Source: Mytilus trossulus
Taxonomy: Eukaryota
DNA: 64,000 nt
Direction of reading: 5' to 3'
Assembly: GCF_036588685.1 (NCBI RefSeq)
Contig: NC_086375.1
Span: forward strand, 79,360,001-79,424,000
This document shows, in pieces, positions 62,017-64,000 of the stretch. The notes under the pieces were generated by a model that was not told where the DNA came from, ran no database searches, and saw nothing but the letters and a program-made list of their open reading frames with translations. Each line of letters starts with the position of its first letter. The stretch's first letter is position 1. Both the position numbers and the translations under genes were made by a program.

Positions 62017-63896
62017 ATGAATCCTCTAACGTAAATATTATGCTTAAATTATAAGAATGGAACACGATTTTTATTTTTCACAACAATTTAACAGTTTATA
62101 CTTGAAGTTGAACTAAAACTATAAAACATTCCCTATCCCATGCCCATGTCTAACTTCATTCAATGTCTATGATTAAGCTGCGGAACCGAAGATACCGGTT
62201 GGCAAATTTTCCAAAAATATCATAAGGACCTTAGAGATACGGTTCCACAGCTACCTATCATCTAGTCCAAATAATTATGACGTCTGGCATTAAAATAGCC
62301 TTGCCAGACGTCATAATTATTTGGACTACCTATCATCATACTAATTATTAGGATACTGTGGTGTCGGAAACAGTTTTGTACAAATTCTGGCAACACACAG
62401 AATCCAAAAAATATATTCGACAGGTACAGGCCTTATCCAAAGAATTTTGACATCTTGCAGGGCTATTTAATTTTGCTTTCACAATTTCCTGCAAAGGCGT
62501 CAAAGCAAAAAACAAAAATAGCCTACCACAGGCCATGGCATGTGTCTGTGTGGTAGTTCAAATGATAAAGATGTACCTCAGTCTTAATTTTTAAGAAACC
62601 TGATCTTAACAAAATGACCGTAATTATTTCTGTGAAGATATAAAATTGTCCAAAATACAAATCTATCGTTTAGAACATATCGATTTCAGATTCGGTCATG
62701 TCTGGCAAACATGACTGTTTCTGGACCCTTGGTTGAAATAATAGGGGATATTTGAAAGAAATGATATTAAGGTGGCTCGTGGGTACAAAAATCGTGGGTA
62801 CAAAAATTTCAGCAAAAAATGAAACCTTTATTTTTTCATTACAAATTTTATTCATTACACTATTAGTTATTACTTTATGATATGGTACAAAAATCAACCC
62901 CAAAAATTGATTTGGTTTGGCCCTAGATGACTTTTAAAATGTTAATATCATTGGAAAAGCTCCAAATTATCACCCTTTGGTGCAAAAATGCCATTTTTTG
63001 GCATTAAATTTGAAATATCTTTTTTAAATCATTGGTGACCTAAATTTTTTATTATTGTTTTCAAATAAGCTGTACCTACATGAAAACTAAATAATTGTGA
63101 AATTTAAGCGATTTCTGTAATTAGGTTATTTTTTTATTTCGATATTACCTTTATTTCTCCTATTAGTTCAACAGAAAAAAAGAACATTAACAAAAATGTA
63201 TACTTCTTCCGGAAGCAGAATGTGAGCTTAAATGAAAGGTGACCCCATTTTGTTATTTCATTTTTCTTTTAAGTATATGATTAAGGTCATTTATAAAAAA
63301 ATATAGCCAAATCCTATATTAGAAAAAAAAGTTGATTTATACCCAGGAGCCCCCTTAAAGAAGTGATATAACTGAAGAAAATAAAGGTATGCTACATGTA
63401 CTTTTCAAATGATTTTTATATCATTGTTCAAGGTTCAGTACTTGGTCATTACTACATGTAAATAAGCACAGATGTTTGTTCAATTAATTTGTCCCAAGGT
63501 CATCAAGTGTAAGCTATTTTTCTATGACAATCAACTTAAGTTAAAGACTAAAGGTTTGAAAAGTTCATACCTATAAATAGAGTGTTGCCAAAATTAAAAC
63601 TTAACCCTCAGACCAAATTGCTCAATGTAATACAGCTAGGTGAAATTTTTACAAGGTTATAAATCTGCTCAAAGATGGAAAAGCAATACAATTTGTAACA
63701 AAATAAACATTTATTTGTTATTTTTTTTCTTCTTCAGAAATGTGAAAAATTTACAGAAGATCAACGAAAAAGAGCTTGAACTAGGTCTTGTGGGAAAGAA
63801 ATCCTGGCATGATAAATATAAAGAAAGTGCTTGGATTTTTGTTGGTGGATTACCTTATGATTTGACTGAGGGAGATGTTATATGTGTTTTCTCACA
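62017..63896 (+). CDS. RBMX2: RNA-binding motif protein X-linked 2 (RES complex, Snu17/Ist3 homolog); first two coding exons, gene continues beyond the window
   Basis: Exon 62017-62030 (ATGAATCCTCTAAC|GTAAAT) plus 63738-63896 (TTCTTCAG|..CA|GTAAGT) gives MNPLTNVKNLQKINEKELELGLVGKKSWHDKYKESAWIFVGGLPYDLTEGDVICVFSQ, the characteristic RBMX2 N-terminus and RNP2 motif. Confidence 0.93.
62263..62328. mobile_element. 66-bp mini-MITE, 27-bp TIRs, 9-bp TSD (Mutator-like)
   Basis: CCTATCATC|TAGTCCAAATAATTATGACGTCTGGCA-12 nt-TGCCAGACGTCATAATTATTTGGACTA|CCTATCATC; a degenerate relative lies at about 1509-1590. Confidence 0.85.
62771..63354. mobile_element. Kolobok-like MITE (TTAA TSD) in RBMX2 intron 1
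   Basis: TTAA|GGTGGCTCGTGGGT ... ACCCAGGAGCCCCC|TTAA; second copy at 23180-23694. Confidence 0.75.
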
Positions 63897-64000
63897 GTAA
63901 GTTACCCTATGATTTGACTGAGGGAGATGTTATATATGTGTTTTCTCACAGTAAGTTACCCTATGATTTGACTGAGGGAGATGTTATATGTGTTTTCTCA
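63850..64000 (+). repeat. 52-54-bp tandem repeat made of the RBMX2 exon-2 3' end plus its splice donor
   Basis: Units 63850-63901, 63902-63955 and 63956-64000 (truncated by the window): TTACC(T/C)TATGATTTGACTGAGGGAGATGTTAT(AT)ATGTGTTTTCTCACAGTAAG. Confidence 0.92.

Overview
AT-rich, intron-rich animal genomic DNA, not prokaryotic. The repeat families look like bivalve DNA, probably a Mytilus-like mussel (inference). I reconstructed five spliced genes by hand from GT-AG boundaries and reading phase. (1) A 5-exon SAT1/SAT2-family GNAT acetyltransferase (minus, 18337-6677) that the ORF track misses entirely. (2, 3) Two tandem paralogous intermediate-filament genes with lamin-length rods (minus, 41080-33194 and 51474-44432); both have degenerate rod-end motifs, Tyr-rich ends, and no Ig-fold tail or CaaX. 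(4) A 3-exon FAHD1-like gene (minus, 59228-56962) lacking the His/Glu catalytic lid dyad. (5) The 5' part of RBMX2 (plus, from 62017), whose exon-2 end and splice donor are tandemly reiterated. The rest is dense in mobile DNA: about a dozen copies of a ~350-bp element carrying a minimal type I hammerhead ribozyme (retrozyme-like), Penelope-like RT fragments (one physically linked to retrozyme-like modules inside a nested insertion), TTAA-flanked Kolobok-like MITEs, MITEs with 8- and 9-bp TSDs, Helentron/HINE-like elements, minisatellites, and 23-36-bp palindromes with 7-bp TSDs that resemble P-element excision footprints. All comparisons to human proteins and known element classes are from memory, not database searches.
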